Shown here piece by piece: positions 53,266 to 63,134 of a stretch of 64,000 bases of DNA (positions within the stretch are counted from its first letter, which is position 1; the number at the start of each line of letters is the position of its first letter). Under the pieces are notes generated by a model. That model did no database searches, was not told the origin of the DNA, and was given only the letters and a program-made list of their open reading frames with translations. The position numbers and the translations under genes are program-made. Source of the stretch: a candidate division WOR-3 bacterium UBA5631 (lineage in GTDB: Bacteria > Hydrothermota > Hydrothermia > UBA1063); assembly GCA_002421425.1 (NCBI GenBank), contig DIJZ01000011.1, positions 2,307-66,306 on the forward strand. Reading direction: 5' to 3'.

Positions 53266-54147
53266 AATCCATCCTGCAAGGCTTAAGACTATTGAAGTAA
53301 AATAGTATAAAAGAGAGAGAATCAGGGCCTTTTCCTTTCCAATTAAATCGCCGTACAAAAGAACGAAAGCACCTTCCCGAAGCCCTATCCCCGAGATGGT
53401 TATAGGGATCATCATAACGAAGTTAATTATCGGAAGGAGTAGGATACTCTCCCACAATGGTATCGGCTTGCTAAGGCCATAGCTTATTACGATGGGCACA
53501 AGGGAGAAGAAGAGCTGTATCAGAATTGATAAAGGAAGTGTCCTTATTATGGTGTGCCATTCGGTTCGAAATTGGTAAATTGAGGTAAGTAGAGAGATTA
53601 CTGGAGTGGTAATTTTTGTCTTCTTTACTTTTGTTAGGGATTTATAAAATGTACTTGAAAAGAGAAGAGCATTCAGAAAGAGAAGCACAAGGATCCCAAG
53701 AATTGTTAGAACAAAAATGGATTTTACTTTGATGGTAATGAAAATACTTGCGAGAAGCAGGTAGAAAAGAATGGCATAAAACCCTGAAAGTCTGTCAATG
53801 AAGGTTGATGCGATCGCGCTTGAAATTGAAGTACCCCTTCCTGCATATAAGGCACGCACTACGTCCAGACCCCCAGAGGGCAGGAAGTTACCGGAGAAGA
53901 TGCCGATGAGGTAAAATTTCAGACAGCGGTAAAGACTTAGAGTAATTCCCTTCTTTTGCAGGAAAATTTGCCATCTCCTGGAGGAGAGTAGTATAGCAAC
54001 GAAGTATAAAAGGACTCCAGGAATTAAAAAAAGGTAGTTAGTGCCCTTAACAGACTCAAAAAAGCTTTCCCACTTGATTTTTGTGAAAATTACGTAAAGA
54101 AGAGCGATGGATAGCAGTACCTTCAGTATATTAAGAAGTCTTTTCAT
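53227..54147 (-). CDS. flippase-like / lysylphosphatidylglycerol-synthase TM-region family membrane protein (UPF0104)
   Basis: 306 aa with about 8 TM segments. The N-terminal KRLLNILKVLLSIALLYVIFTKI...SSRRWQIFL pattern is typical of this family. Confidence 0.6.
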   Translation of the reverse strand: MKRLLNILKVLLSIALLYVIFTKIKWESFFESVKGTNYLFLIPGVLLYFVAILLSSRRWQIFLQKKGITLSLYRCLKFYLIGIFSGNFLPSGGLDVVRALYAGRGTSISSAIASTFIDRLSGFYAILFYLLLASIFITIKVKSIFVLTILGILVLLFLNALLFSSTFYKSLTKVKKTKITTPVISLLTSIYQFRTEWHTIIRTLPLSILIQLFFSLVPIVISYGLSKPIPLWESILLLPIINFVMMIPITISGIGLREGAFVLLYGDLIGKEKALILSLLYYFTSIVLSLAGWILFLFDKSEENVK

Positions 54148-54149
54148 TT

Positions 54150-54824
54150 CTAAGTAATGAACGTCTCAAGCAGTCTTCTCGTATTTTCTCTCAAAGCAAG
54201 GGAGTTGACCTCCTGCCAACTCTTGTGAAGGATAAATCTAATCTCTGAAGACGTCCCTTGATCCACAGGTACTTTTAACTCATCGGGTCTTGCACATCTG
54301 CCGCAGACAACGGTTTTTTGTGAAGGTATGAAATATTCGAGATCCCTTGACTTGCAGCGTGCGCAATAATCAAATGATGGAAATTCGCCCTGCCTCATCT
54401 GATTCCTTAGTACGAAGAAATTATAAAGGTTCTCGTTTAGAGTACTTGAAGTGTTGACAAATCTTATAAGATTTAGAACATCAAGATATATATTTTCACC
54501 TGCTTCCTGTGGTACGTTCTTAATGATGTATGCAGCAATGTAGGAGATAAGGTAGAACTTTTCGTAATCCCGAGGGATCTCATCAAAGGCCTCCAGGATT
54601 TTTCCTTCTTTAAGGATGTTAAATTCTCTGTCAGGCTTGTAGTAATATATCAGTTCACTCCTTGAGAAAAGCTGAAAAGCCATTCTGAGTTGGGATTTAA
54701 CTCTCTGCGCGCCTTTTGCCATCAATTTAAGTAGTCCACTGGATTTTGAGAGTGCAGTAACTATGGAAGAGGATTCCATAAATTCGTCGACTTTAAGAAC
54801 AACTACTTCATCTTTTATGAGCAT
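54150..54824 (-). CDS. recO: DNA repair protein RecO
   Basis: OB-fold N-terminus (EVVVLKVDEFMESSSIVTALSKSSGLLKLMAKGA) and a zinc motif (CARCKS...CGRC). Confidence 0.8.
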   Translation of the reverse strand: MLIKDEVVVLKVDEFMESSSIVTALSKSSGLLKLMAKGAQRVKSQLRMAFQLFSRSELIYYYKPDREFNILKEGKILEAFDEIPRDYEKFYLISYIAAYIIKNVPQEAGENIYLDVLNLIRFVNTSSTLNENLYNFFVLRNQMRQGEFPSFDYCARCKSRDLEYFIPSQKTVVCGRCARPDELKVPVDQGTSSEIRFILHKSWQEVNSLALRENTRRLLETFIT

Positions 54825-55986
54825 ATAAATTAAACCCTATGGAGACTCTGTATTTTTCGTCGTGAGTTCTCCCGATTTCAATTTTAATCTCTTTTTCGCG
54901 GATATTAAAGGTTGCCGAAGAACAAATATCGAGCCACTGCCTTGTAGGGTAGTAAGAAAATTGTATTTTGCTATTCCACAGCGAGAATTTGACAGCAACA
55001 TATTCATATCGCAAATTACCGTATTCAACGCTGAGATTCTTGCTTTCCAGCTTACCTGACCGAATTATTAAAGAACTTTCTGTGAATGATGATTTAACTA
55101 TCAGTATAGTTTCGTTGCCCAATTTTTGAAGTAGGTCCAAATTAACGTATTTTTTCGAGGATCCAGAATAGTTTATACAAAGGCTATTTGTACTCGAAAG
55201 TCTCCTTGTAAGGTTATACGTTGCATTAATAGTTCCATTTTCCACTTCCCATTGCATTCGGTAATTCGAGTTTTTTGTAGAAAAAAGAAAATCTACTGCA
55301 AATTCATTTTCCATGGGGAGGAGCGTTAGTGACGCCCGCACAGGTCTATGCCTTAGGGTCATTCCAGCAAGTAGTTTCGGGTTTTCCCCCTTATGTGCAA
55401 AAACTTTTAGAAAGGGTGTAAAAGCATTGTACGATAGCTCTGAACCGATGTATAACCTTTCTTTTCCAATTGCAAAATTGAAGGGTTTACTTATGTAGAT
55501 TAAATAGTCTGTGCCATTCAAAGACGGGCTTCCTTTGACAGAGTTTTGCGGTATCGAAAGCGAAAATTTCCCAACGGTAATAAAGTCATAACTGATATAA
55601 AAGGGGGTCGTTTGAACGGCGGACGTTGAAAATTTGAGCGTCAGGGTACTAAGTGTTAGAAATGCTGAAGTCTTTTCGCGGTACTTTTCCAGTTGAATTT
55701 TGCCGCTTTGGAAGAAAGTGTCGTTTCTTTCTTTGAAGAAAAAGATATCTTTCAGGTACTCAATTTTAGAGCTATCCAGCTTGGTTCGTTCTGCGAAATC
55801 GTCGATCCCCCTGTAAGGGCTGAGATCTCGCATTATCAGTATGGTTAATACATCACTTTCATTAAGAATGGGGATTGCTATGAGCTCTTCAAAACTTGCA
55901 TTGTTTGGGTTAAGGTGTTCTGATTCATCTCTTTTCAATGAAATTGAAGTAATGCAAAAGAGCAATATAAGTCTTAGCATCCTCAA
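54808..55986 (-). CDS. hypothetical exported protein: ComEA-like helix-hairpin-helix N-terminus + beta-rich C-terminal region
   Basis: Signal-like MRMLRLILLFCITSISL. NNASFEELIAIPILNESDVLTILIMRDLSPYRGIDDF resembles an HhH motif. The remainder has alternating beta-strand-like sequence. Confidence 0.5.
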   Translation of the reverse strand: MRMLRLILLFCITSISLKRDESEHLNPNNASFEELIAIPILNESDVLTILIMRDLSPYRGIDDFAERTKLDSSKIEYLKDIFFFKERNDTFFQSGKIQLEKYREKTSAFLTLSTLTLKFSTSAVQTTPFYISYDFITVGKFSLSIPQNSVKGSPSLNGTDYLIYISKPFNFAIGKERLYIGSELSYNAFTPFLKVFAHKGENPKLLAGMTLRHRPVRASLTLLPMENEFAVDFLFSTKNSNYRMQWEVENGTINATYNLTRRLSSTNSLCINYSGSSKKYVNLDLLQKLGNETILIVKSSFTESSLIIRSGKLESKNLSVEYGNLRYEYVAVKFSLWNSKIQFSYYPTRQWLDICSSATFNIREKEIKIEIGRTHDEKYRVSIGFNLYAHKR

Positions 55987-56458
55987 TTTCCCCTGTTATC
56001 ATCATTTCTTTAAGTTTGTTCAACGGAATTCTGTGGGTTTTTATCTGTTCCCCGGCATCAGCTGGAAGCTCCGCAGATCTAAGATCAGCTCCCCAAAAAA
56101 TGTGGATTCTTTCGGTCGAATATCCGGGTGTGAGGTAAAACGTTCCTATTTTTGAAAGTTTCTCAGCCCGCATTTTGACTTCCTCCATAAGTTCCCTTTG
56201 TGCTGCTTCTTCAGGTGATTCACCGGGGTCTATCTTACCAGCAGGAATCTCTAAAATCTCCTTTCGCAGAGGGAAGCGGTACTGAGAAATTAGTATTGCA
56301 GTATCTCCATCGAGAAGTGGCAGTATAGCGCATGTTTCAGGAAATTCAACAATGTCACGCAGGAATAGGCCTGGGTCTTCTTGATATTCTTCTCTCCACA
56401 CTTTAAAAATCAAGCCTTTGTATTTCAGTTCTCTTTTTATAATCTTCATACAATTCAA
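55925..56458 (-). CDS. NUDIX hydrolase (ADP-ribose pyrophosphatase-like)
   Basis: Nudix box GKIDPGESPEEAAQRELMEEV. Confidence 0.85.
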   Translation of the reverse strand: MNCMKIIKRELKYKGLIFKVWREEYQEDPGLFLRDIVEFPETCAILPLLDGDTAILISQYRFPLRKEILEIPAGKIDPGESPEEAAQRELMEEVKMRAEKLSKIGTFYLTPGYSTERIHIFWGADLRSAELPADAGEQIKTHRIPLNKLKEMMITGEIEDAKTYIALLHYFNFIEKR

Positions 56459-57536
56459 TAATTTTAATGGCTATCTTGTCTGCTACAAAAACCCCTTTTG
56501 AAGTTAAAATGAGAGAATTGTTTTTCACAGTTACAAGTCCCTTGAGTTTTTGGACGACAGTTTCCAAGAAATTTTTATCTGCTTTCCATCCCCATCTGGT
56601 GCGGATTTTAAGAAAAATTTCTTCAATAAGCTTCTCTTCTTCGGAAAGTGGCTCAAATGTCTTGGGGATTTCTTTATGGAATCGTATAGACGAAGGGTTG
56701 GTGTATCTAACCTCTCTGCCTTCGAGTAAAAAAAAGCCTGATGCTGATGGTCCGAGCCCAATATAGTAATGTCGTAGCCAGTATTTCAAGTTGTGAATGC
56801 ATTCAAAATTAGGTCTTGAAAAGCTTGAAATTTCGTATCTTATGTACCCATGTGCCCGCAAAATTTTGTCCCGGATTTTGTACATCTTGATTGTGAGGTT
56901 CTCATCTTTGCTTTCAAGATCTTCTAATGCAGGTTCTTCAAAGGTCATCGAATATGTTGATATGTGGGTTGGATTCATTTCACTTGCCTTTTTTAGAGAA
57001 AAAGCGAAGTTTTCGATGGTCTGGCCCTTAAAAGCAAATATAAGATCAAAGTTTATATTGTGAAATCCGTTGCTCCTCAGCAAGTCCACAGTATTGCTTA
57101 TATCCTGTGCATTGTATGTCCTTCCCAATGTCTGGAGGTCACTGTTTACAAAACTTTGCACGCCGAGACTTATCCTATTAAATCCAAACTCATTGAGAAC
57201 TTCAATAAAATGTCTTTCCAGGGGTTCCGGGTTCAATTCAATAGTCTTTTCAACGACCCTTGACAGGTTCAAATTCTCATGAATTAATGCGAGAACACTC
57301 GCAAGCTGTGAAGGGCTTAATGAATTAGGGGTTCCTCCTCCGACGTAAAGGGTTTCAAAGTTAAAGCCGAACTCTTTGAAATATGCAATTTCTCCTTTCA
57401 AACTTTCCAGAAAGGCTGGAAATAACTCCTCCAGAGCCGAGGCGTTTTCCGAGTAAAAGTGACAGTATCTGCACTTTGATCTGCAAAATGGTATGTGCAG
57501 ATAAAGACCTGGTTGGTCTTTAAAACATTTCGCCAA
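56403..57536 (-). CDS. hemW: radical SAM heme chaperone HemW (HemN-like)
   Basis: Motifs LYLHIPFCRSKCRYCHF, YVGGGTP and a HemN C-domain. Confidence 0.85.
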   Translation of the reverse strand: MAKCFKDQPGLYLHIPFCRSKCRYCHFYSENASALEELFPAFLESLKGEIAYFKEFGFNFETLYVGGGTPNSLSPSQLASVLALIHENLNLSRVVEKTIELNPEPLERHFIEVLNEFGFNRISLGVQSFVNSDLQTLGRTYNAQDISNTVDLLRSNGFHNINFDLIFAFKGQTIENFAFSLKKASEMNPTHISTYSMTFEEPALEDLESKDENLTIKMYKIRDKILRAHGYIRYEISSFSRPNFECIHNLKYWLRHYYIGLGPSASGFFLLEGREVRYTNPSSIRFHKEIPKTFEPLSEEEKLIEEIFLKIRTRWGWKADKNFLETVVQKLKGLVTVKNNSLILTSKGVFVADKIAIKIIELYEDYKKRTEIQRLDF

Positions 57537-59181
57537 GGTTTATATACAGATTTCCGTAATAACCCTTATCACCGATTCTATATGGGGTGTACATCCAGTC
57601 AACTCGAAGATTTCCAATGGGCAGAAAATAACGAAATCCTAATCCGAAGCTGTACCAGACTTTCCCTTCTATTTGAGGGAAGACATCAAAGAGAAGGTTC
57701 AGACCAACCTTCCTTGATACCATAGACCGGAGCTCCGTATTAAAAAGGAAGAAATCTGTAGAATAAAACTGAGAATACCTGAATCCACGAAGGGTTCCAT
57801 CGCCTCCTATTTTGAATTTCTCTATCGCGGGGATGTCAGAATTGTTGAAGGGTATTATTTGTCCTGCAGAAAGTCGCAATGCGAATATCCCCCCCGGCTT
57901 CCATATCTGTCTGTAAAAGGAGCCTGAAAGCTGATATTTGTAAAAATGATAATTTCCTCCGAGTATTCCTCCCGCTCGAGAAAGGTCTACAAGCAGGTAG
58001 AAGCCCCTGGAGGGGAAGAGAAGATTATCTCGCGTGTCAATAATAGAACCAAAGATTGCCTTGTTTGTTATTCCATCAGAGAATTGTCCTTCCAAGAATT
58101 TTCTCCACTGAAGACCCATTATAGTTCTGCTTTTCTGTGACCAGTAGTGTGAGAGATAAGACTCAATGCCGAAGTAGGATGAAGAATCTATCTTCGAAGT
58201 CCCTCCAAAAAGTTTCAGGTTCATCTTCAAACTCGTGTTGAAAAAATATGGTTCCGAGTAGAGGACCTCTCCGTAAAGCTTAATGAATCTATCAAAGGGC
58301 TCCAGACCGTTTTCGATTCGGATACTGAGATTCTGATTATTATCGAACAGATTTCTGTGTCCTCCTTCTGCATTCAGATTAATGAGAGAAAATGGGTAGA
58401 TTCCACCCTGAAGCCTGAAATACCTTGTTTTTCTCTCTTTCACATTAAAAGTAATTGATATCAGAGAATCGTCAGTAAATTCATAGGAGTGGTAAACGGT
58501 AGTAAATAAACCTGTTGAGTAAATTCTTCTTATACTTTCAAGTATTGCAGCTGGAGAAACGTACTGCCCGGGTTTTACTGTGATCTCCCTTTCAATGATT
58601 TTCCTTCTAACCGTCGAGTTTCCTTTAATACTCATTTGTTTTACAACATATCTTGTGCCCTTAGTAATGGCGTGAGTTACTGTACAGGTTTTGTTTATTG
58701 AGTCTTCAGCAGTTATTCTCTGTATTTCTGCATTAAGATAGCCGATATTTCTCAAGAAATCGATGGCTTTAGTCTCCCGCTCGGTTAACTCTGAAGACGC
58801 ATAATATCTTGGTAATGGCAGGTGGAGAATACTTATTGTTCGTTGATAGTATGCGGTGTCCGGTGCTAGCCAGGATATATATTGGGCGCTTATTCTGTAT
58901 CTCTTTCCCTCGGAAATACGGAGGGTAATGTACACCTTATCGTCTTTCTCTTCCACCCTTTCTTCGATTATTTTCGCTTCAAAATAACCTCTTTCTCTAA
59001 GTTCACGGATGAGATTGAGTTTGTTGTTATTATACAAGGGGGGATAGTACTTATCCCCCCTTTTTATTCTCAGAATTGACTTAATTTCGGTCTTTGATAA
59101 AGTTTTGGTTCCTTCTACCCTAACCCCGCTTATAACCAGAGGCCTTGCAAAAATCAATGAAAGGAAAAGCGCTGTGACCAT
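57520..59181 (-). CDS. Omp85/BamA-TamA family outer membrane protein (POTRA + surface-antigen barrel)
   Basis: 553 aa. Signal peptide, POTRA-like repeats (ISGVRVEGTKTLSKTEIKSIL, VKQMSIKGNSTVRRKII), and a barrel ending in ...NLGEMF. Confidence 0.75.
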   Translation of the reverse strand: MVTALFLSLIFARPLVISGVRVEGTKTLSKTEIKSILRIKRGDKYYPPLYNNNKLNLIRELRERGYFEAKIIEERVEEKDDKVYITLRISEGKRYRISAQYISWLAPDTAYYQRTISILHLPLPRYYASSELTERETKAIDFLRNIGYLNAEIQRITAEDSINKTCTVTHAITKGTRYVVKQMSIKGNSTVRRKIIEREITVKPGQYVSPAAILESIRRIYSTGLFTTVYHSYEFTDDSLISITFNVKERKTRYFRLQGGIYPFSLINLNAEGGHRNLFDNNQNLSIRIENGLEPFDRFIKLYGEVLYSEPYFFNTSLKMNLKLFGGTSKIDSSSYFGIESYLSHYWSQKSRTIMGLQWRKFLEGQFSDGITNKAIFGSIIDTRDNLLFPSRGFYLLVDLSRAGGILGGNYHFYKYQLSGSFYRQIWKPGGIFALRLSAGQIIPFNNSDIPAIEKFKIGGDGTLRGFRYSQFYSTDFFLFNTELRSMVSRKVGLNLLFDVFPQIEGKVWYSFGLGFRYFLPIGNLRVDWMYTPYRIGDKGYYGNLYINLGEMF

Positions 59182-60278
59182 TAATCAAGATCGATAAACC
59201 TATTCTTGATTTTCTTGAGGACGTCGGGAAGTGTCGTATATTCCATCTCCTTAAGTCCCAGTCTGTGCGGTTCAAAGGGTCCAAGCCTTCTCATATAATC
59301 TGCCACCTGGTTTGCCTTCTTTCTTGCTTCATCAAAAGCGGGATCGTCGAATAGGTCTCTCGGACCAATAAGCTTCCCATCACTCAATTGGAATCCAATG
59401 GCGCAAACTCTCGGTGGTCCATCGAATCTTGATGGATTTGCCTGATGCAGAGCCACTGGCATAAGTGGACCATAGTGGGAACCTCTCATCCATCCAGCGA
59501 CGAGATGTGGAAATGCAAAGGGTTCAAGGGCTTCTCCAACTGCAGGGAACCCACTCTGTGTTCTTACTATGAGAACAGGGTCATCTTTGCCGACATATCT
59601 TCCTGCCATCATTGAAAGTCTCTGGGTCGATGAAACAGCGGCAATGTCATTATCCTGCTTTCTATAAACCGCCTTAATGATGTAATGTTCTGCGGCACCG
59701 ATTAGAATGAGAAGATCGTAGAGTTCTTCTGGAGTATTCATTAGCACTTTCTTGTGCTCGTAAACGTCAAGTACCTCGAAGACAAAACCATCATGAAGTT
59801 TAGGGTCAATGACAAGGCCGGGAGTGTTGAATGGATCGGCAAACATACGAAATATTGGTAAATTCCATGCGCCGGGTGAGGTCTTATCTGCCATAAAGAC
59901 AATTATTGGTTCACTTGGTCTTTCCTCGAGTTCCATTTCTGCAAGTCCTGGGCCCATTCCCTTGATATTTCCGCTAAAGGCATCGCTGAGCAAATCCTGT
60001 CCTGCACCGTACATTTTCATTGATTTTGCAATTTCTGTTCCTTCTACAAAGGTATCCCATGCAAGTTTGTGTATATCACCGCAATTGACGCCCTTCTTAT
60101 GAGTCATTATTAGTTGTAAGTCGTCACCAACTTTAGTTACGAAGAAGTCAATTATCAGGCCCTGTTCTTTGGCCTTTTGGAGGTGGTCTTCGGCCAATTC
60201 CAGAATCCTCGGGTGAACGGACGTGTGACCTACATAACCACCAATATCAGCTTTAATCACCGATAGGGTGACCTTCAT
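59181..60278 (-). CDS. fbp: fructose-1,6-bisphosphate aldolase/phosphatase (class V FBPase)
   Basis: The ATG (complement of 60276-60278) follows the SD GGGAGG. MKVTLSVIKADIGGYVGHTSVHP... and full-length similarity to the archaeal-type bifunctional enzyme (from memory). Confidence 0.85.
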   Translation of the reverse strand: MKVTLSVIKADIGGYVGHTSVHPRILELAEDHLQKAKEQGLIIDFFVTKVGDDLQLIMTHKKGVNCGDIHKLAWDTFVEGTEIAKSMKMYGAGQDLLSDAFSGNIKGMGPGLAEMELEERPSEPIIVFMADKTSPGAWNLPIFRMFADPFNTPGLVIDPKLHDGFVFEVLDVYEHKKVLMNTPEELYDLLILIGAAEHYIIKAVYRKQDNDIAAVSSTQRLSMMAGRYVGKDDPVLIVRTQSGFPAVGEALEPFAFPHLVAGWMRGSHYGPLMPVALHQANPSRFDGPPRVCAIGFQLSDGKLIGPRDLFDDPAFDEARKKANQVADYMRRLGPFEPHRLGLKEMEYTTLPDVLKKIKNRFIDLD

Positions 60279-61968
60279 GATGTACCTCCCTTTTAATATT
60301 TTCATAAATTGCATCAAATTTTGTTTTGACCTCTTTTTTGTGAAGCTGAATTACAGTAACATTCAACCCATAAACTTCAAAACGAATCAGTATCGGGCCC
60401 AATTCCTCCACCATTGGGAAAATTCGGTCAAAGATTTTTTCTTCTGGAGGATAAATTAATACAATTGAAAAATAAGTTTTGCTCTCCATCGCGAAGCACT
60501 TCCTTGCAGGGTTTTCAAGGTGTTGTTTTATGCATCGGTCAACGAAAATCAAATCATCCACAATTCGTTCAGGGGTAAGGGTCGTTCTAATGAAATCGTC
60601 TATTGCGAAGTAGAAAGATCTTGCAATTTCCTCTGCAATTCCTAATTCTTTCGTTTTTTCGTAAACAAATTCCAGATTTCTTCTATCGAGGGTTCTTAGA
60701 CCCTCGTCAAAGTCCCTGAAATTTCCGATGCTTTCTCTAATTATATCTTTAAGTTTCTCATACAATTCAATGTCGTTCTTGAAGAAGGAGACCAGTGCCC
60801 TAACAGTAAGGAATTCCACAAACACTTCTTTGATTTTTGAAGGCGGTCTAAAAGAAGTAAGAACAAAGCCATCGGACTTCGCGATGTAAGTTGTAAGCAG
60901 GTCAAAGTGCTTTGGGTCCTTATTTACAACGGCAATCCGGAAAGTGATGGTAGTTCTGTCCTGTTCCACCGGCACGATTGCTACCTGGGGGATACCGGTC
61001 TGGCTACACTCATCTACCATTTTTGGTACAAGGGCTCTTCCGAAGATTTCACCGCCGAACTTGATATTCAGCGGGATCCTGAATCGTGCTTGTTTCAATG
61101 TGGACTTTAAATGCTGCTCGAGAACTTTAATTTCCTCTGCGGTTAGTGGTCTGTTTTCTACCGTGAATTCAATCCTTATTATGGTAATTCCATCGTTAGT
61201 GATGAATTCCTTATCAAATTTTCTTCTGAAATTTGGGAATATTTCCTTGATGGCATCGAAAACAGTATCCATGCTAATGTCTTTCTCGAAACCACCCACG
61301 GTTAAACCTGTAAGATCCTCACGTTCTGTTTTAATGTTTTTTACGTAAACCTCAACACCTATTCCTACCTGCCGTAACTTAGTAATGAACCTGTGTCCAA
61401 CAAGTATAATTTCGGCGAGAGTCTTTGCGTCTCTTTCCTTTAAGTAAGCAAGGGATCTTGAGAAGACAAACTTCTCAAGTTCACCTCCTGCCCTCGAAAT
61501 CTCATCAAATTCCTCAGGGAATGCAATCTCTCGAAGTGAATTCTTGATATTTTCCAGTATTTCAAGCTTTTCAATTCCCGTCGTAACAAGTCTTGCTTTA
61601 ACCTGGTCTCCTTCCTTTGCCAGATTCCTAATCTCTTCAGTTATTCCTTCCAGGTCAAATCTGACTTCTCCTAATTTTTCAGGGCTAAATGGTACTTTTA
61701 TTGCAAGAAATGCATACTTCCCGTCTACCGAAACAACTCCGTATACGAACCCAACATTATATCCTTTTTCGTGCACTATCCCGATAATTGTTTCACCCAG
61801 TCCTGGCCAATCCGCAGCAGCCACATATACTCTTGCAATGTATATAGGGCCTTTGTCGAGAATATCGAAACTTACGATTACTTTGTCGTCAGTATTTTCA
61901 AGCCTTTCAAGGAATTCGTTCTGATGTTTTAAATCATCAGCATCTAATTGACAAAAAATATTCACCAT
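60253..61968 (-). CDS. hypothetical protein with several ACT-like (beta-alpha-beta-beta-alpha-beta) segments
   Basis: 571-aa ORF. IYIARVYVAAADWPGLGETIIGIVHEKGYNVGFVYGVVSVDGKYAFLAIKV looks ACT-like, and similar segments recur three more times. The 3' end overlaps the fbp start by 26 nt. No catalytic motif recognised. Confidence 0.5.
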   Translation of the reverse strand: MVNIFCQLDADDLKHQNEFLERLENTDDKVIVSFDILDKGPIYIARVYVAAADWPGLGETIIGIVHEKGYNVGFVYGVVSVDGKYAFLAIKVPFSPEKLGEVRFDLEGITEEIRNLAKEGDQVKARLVTTGIEKLEILENIKNSLREIAFPEEFDEISRAGGELEKFVFSRSLAYLKERDAKTLAEIILVGHRFITKLRQVGIGVEVYVKNIKTEREDLTGLTVGGFEKDISMDTVFDAIKEIFPNFRRKFDKEFITNDGITIIRIEFTVENRPLTAEEIKVLEQHLKSTLKQARFRIPLNIKFGGEIFGRALVPKMVDECSQTGIPQVAIVPVEQDRTTITFRIAVVNKDPKHFDLLTTYIAKSDGFVLTSFRPPSKIKEVFVEFLTVRALVSFFKNDIELYEKLKDIIRESIGNFRDFDEGLRTLDRRNLEFVYEKTKELGIAEEIARSFYFAIDDFIRTTLTPERIVDDLIFVDRCIKQHLENPARKCFAMESKTYFSIVLIYPPEEKIFDRIFPMVEELGPILIRFEVYGLNVTVIQLHKKEVKTKFDAIYENIKREVHHEGHPIGD

Positions 61969-62055
61969 TTCTTTATGTTAAAGCAAAAAACCTTAAAAAT
62001 CAATTGTTTCTTTCATTTTCTCATAGTATCTGTTATAATTTCAAGGGAGGTCAGG

Positions 62056-63126
62056 ATGTCATATAGGATTTTTGTAATAAACCCGGGTGGAGGGTCCACA
62101 AAGGTTGCACTTTTTGAAGATGAAAAGTTGTTAAAGTACAAAGAGCTAAGGCACTCAGTGGAAGAGCTGAAGAAGTTCCCAAACACGATTTCGCAGAAAG
62201 AATTCAGATTCAAAGATGTACTCAACTTTATTGAAGAGGAAAAAATCAATGAAACAAAGATTGACGCTATTGCTTCCAGGGGAGGTCCTTTCAAGAGCCT
62301 TGAATCGGGAGTTTACAGAATAAACGACCAGGTAGTATCTGATGTGCTCAACGGCAGGGTACAGGCAGATCATCCGTCGAATCTCGGTGTCGTAATGGCA
62401 ATGGAGCTTTCAAAAATGCTGGGATGCCCATCTTTTTTTGTTGATCCTGTTTCTGTGGATGAATTTGACGACATTTCAAGACTTTCTGGCCTCCGAGAAC
62501 TGCCCAGAAAAAGCTTGCTCCATGCACTTAATACAAAATACGTGTCCAGGAAACTTGCGGAATCTGAGGGGAAAGAGTACGAATCTCTTAACTTGATTGT
62601 TGCTCACCTGGGGACGGGCATCTCAATTTCTGCCTCAAGGAAAGGAAGGATTGTTGATGTGAATAATGCCAATGATGGAGGCCCTTTCAGCCCCCAGAGA
62701 ACAGGCACGCTTCCTACCACAGGGCTTATTGAACTGTGCTTTTCCGGAAAGTATTCAAAGCAGGAGCTTCTCAGTAAAGCTATTCGCTTTGGTGGACTTG
62801 TAGACTATCTCGGTACCGATGATCTTGAAGAAGTCATTTCCAGAATTGCTAAGGGAGATAAGGATGCAGACCTAGTTTATAGGGCGATGGTATTTCAGAT
62901 TGCAAAAGAAATCGGGGCGATGGCCTGTGTTTTGAAGGGTCAAGTTGATTTCATAATTCTGACAGGGGGCATGTCAAAATCTACTAAGCTTCAACAGGAT
63001 TTGATGGAATACATCAAATGGATAGCACCGGTAAGAGTGTATCCTGGTGAAAATGAGATGGAAGCTCTTGCCTATGGAGTGATGAAAGTCCTGAAGGGCG
63101 AGATAATTCCCAAAAATTACGAATAG
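62056..63126 (+). CDS. buk: butyrate kinase
   Basis: ATG at 62056 after AGGGAGG. Motifs MSYRIFVINPGGGSTKVALFEDEKLL, VAHLGTGISISA and ILTGGMS belong to the acetate/butyrate kinase family, Buk-type. Confidence 0.85.
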   Translation: MSYRIFVINPGGGSTKVALFEDEKLLKYKELRHSVEELKKFPNTISQKEFRFKDVLNFIEEEKINETKIDAIASRGGPFKSLESGVYRINDQVVSDVLNGRVQADHPSNLGVVMAMELSKMLGCPSFFVDPVSVDEFDDISRLSGLRELPRKSLLHALNTKYVSRKLAESEGKEYESLNLIVAHLGTGISISASRKGRIVDVNNANDGGPFSPQRTGTLPTTGLIELCFSGKYSKQELLSKAIRFGGLVDYLGTDDLEEVISRIAKGDKDADLVYRAMVFQIAKEIGAMACVLKGQVDFIILTGGMSKSTKLQQDLMEYIKWIAPVRVYPGENEMEALAYGVMKVLKGEIIPKNYE

Positions 63127-63134
63127 GAGGTGTA

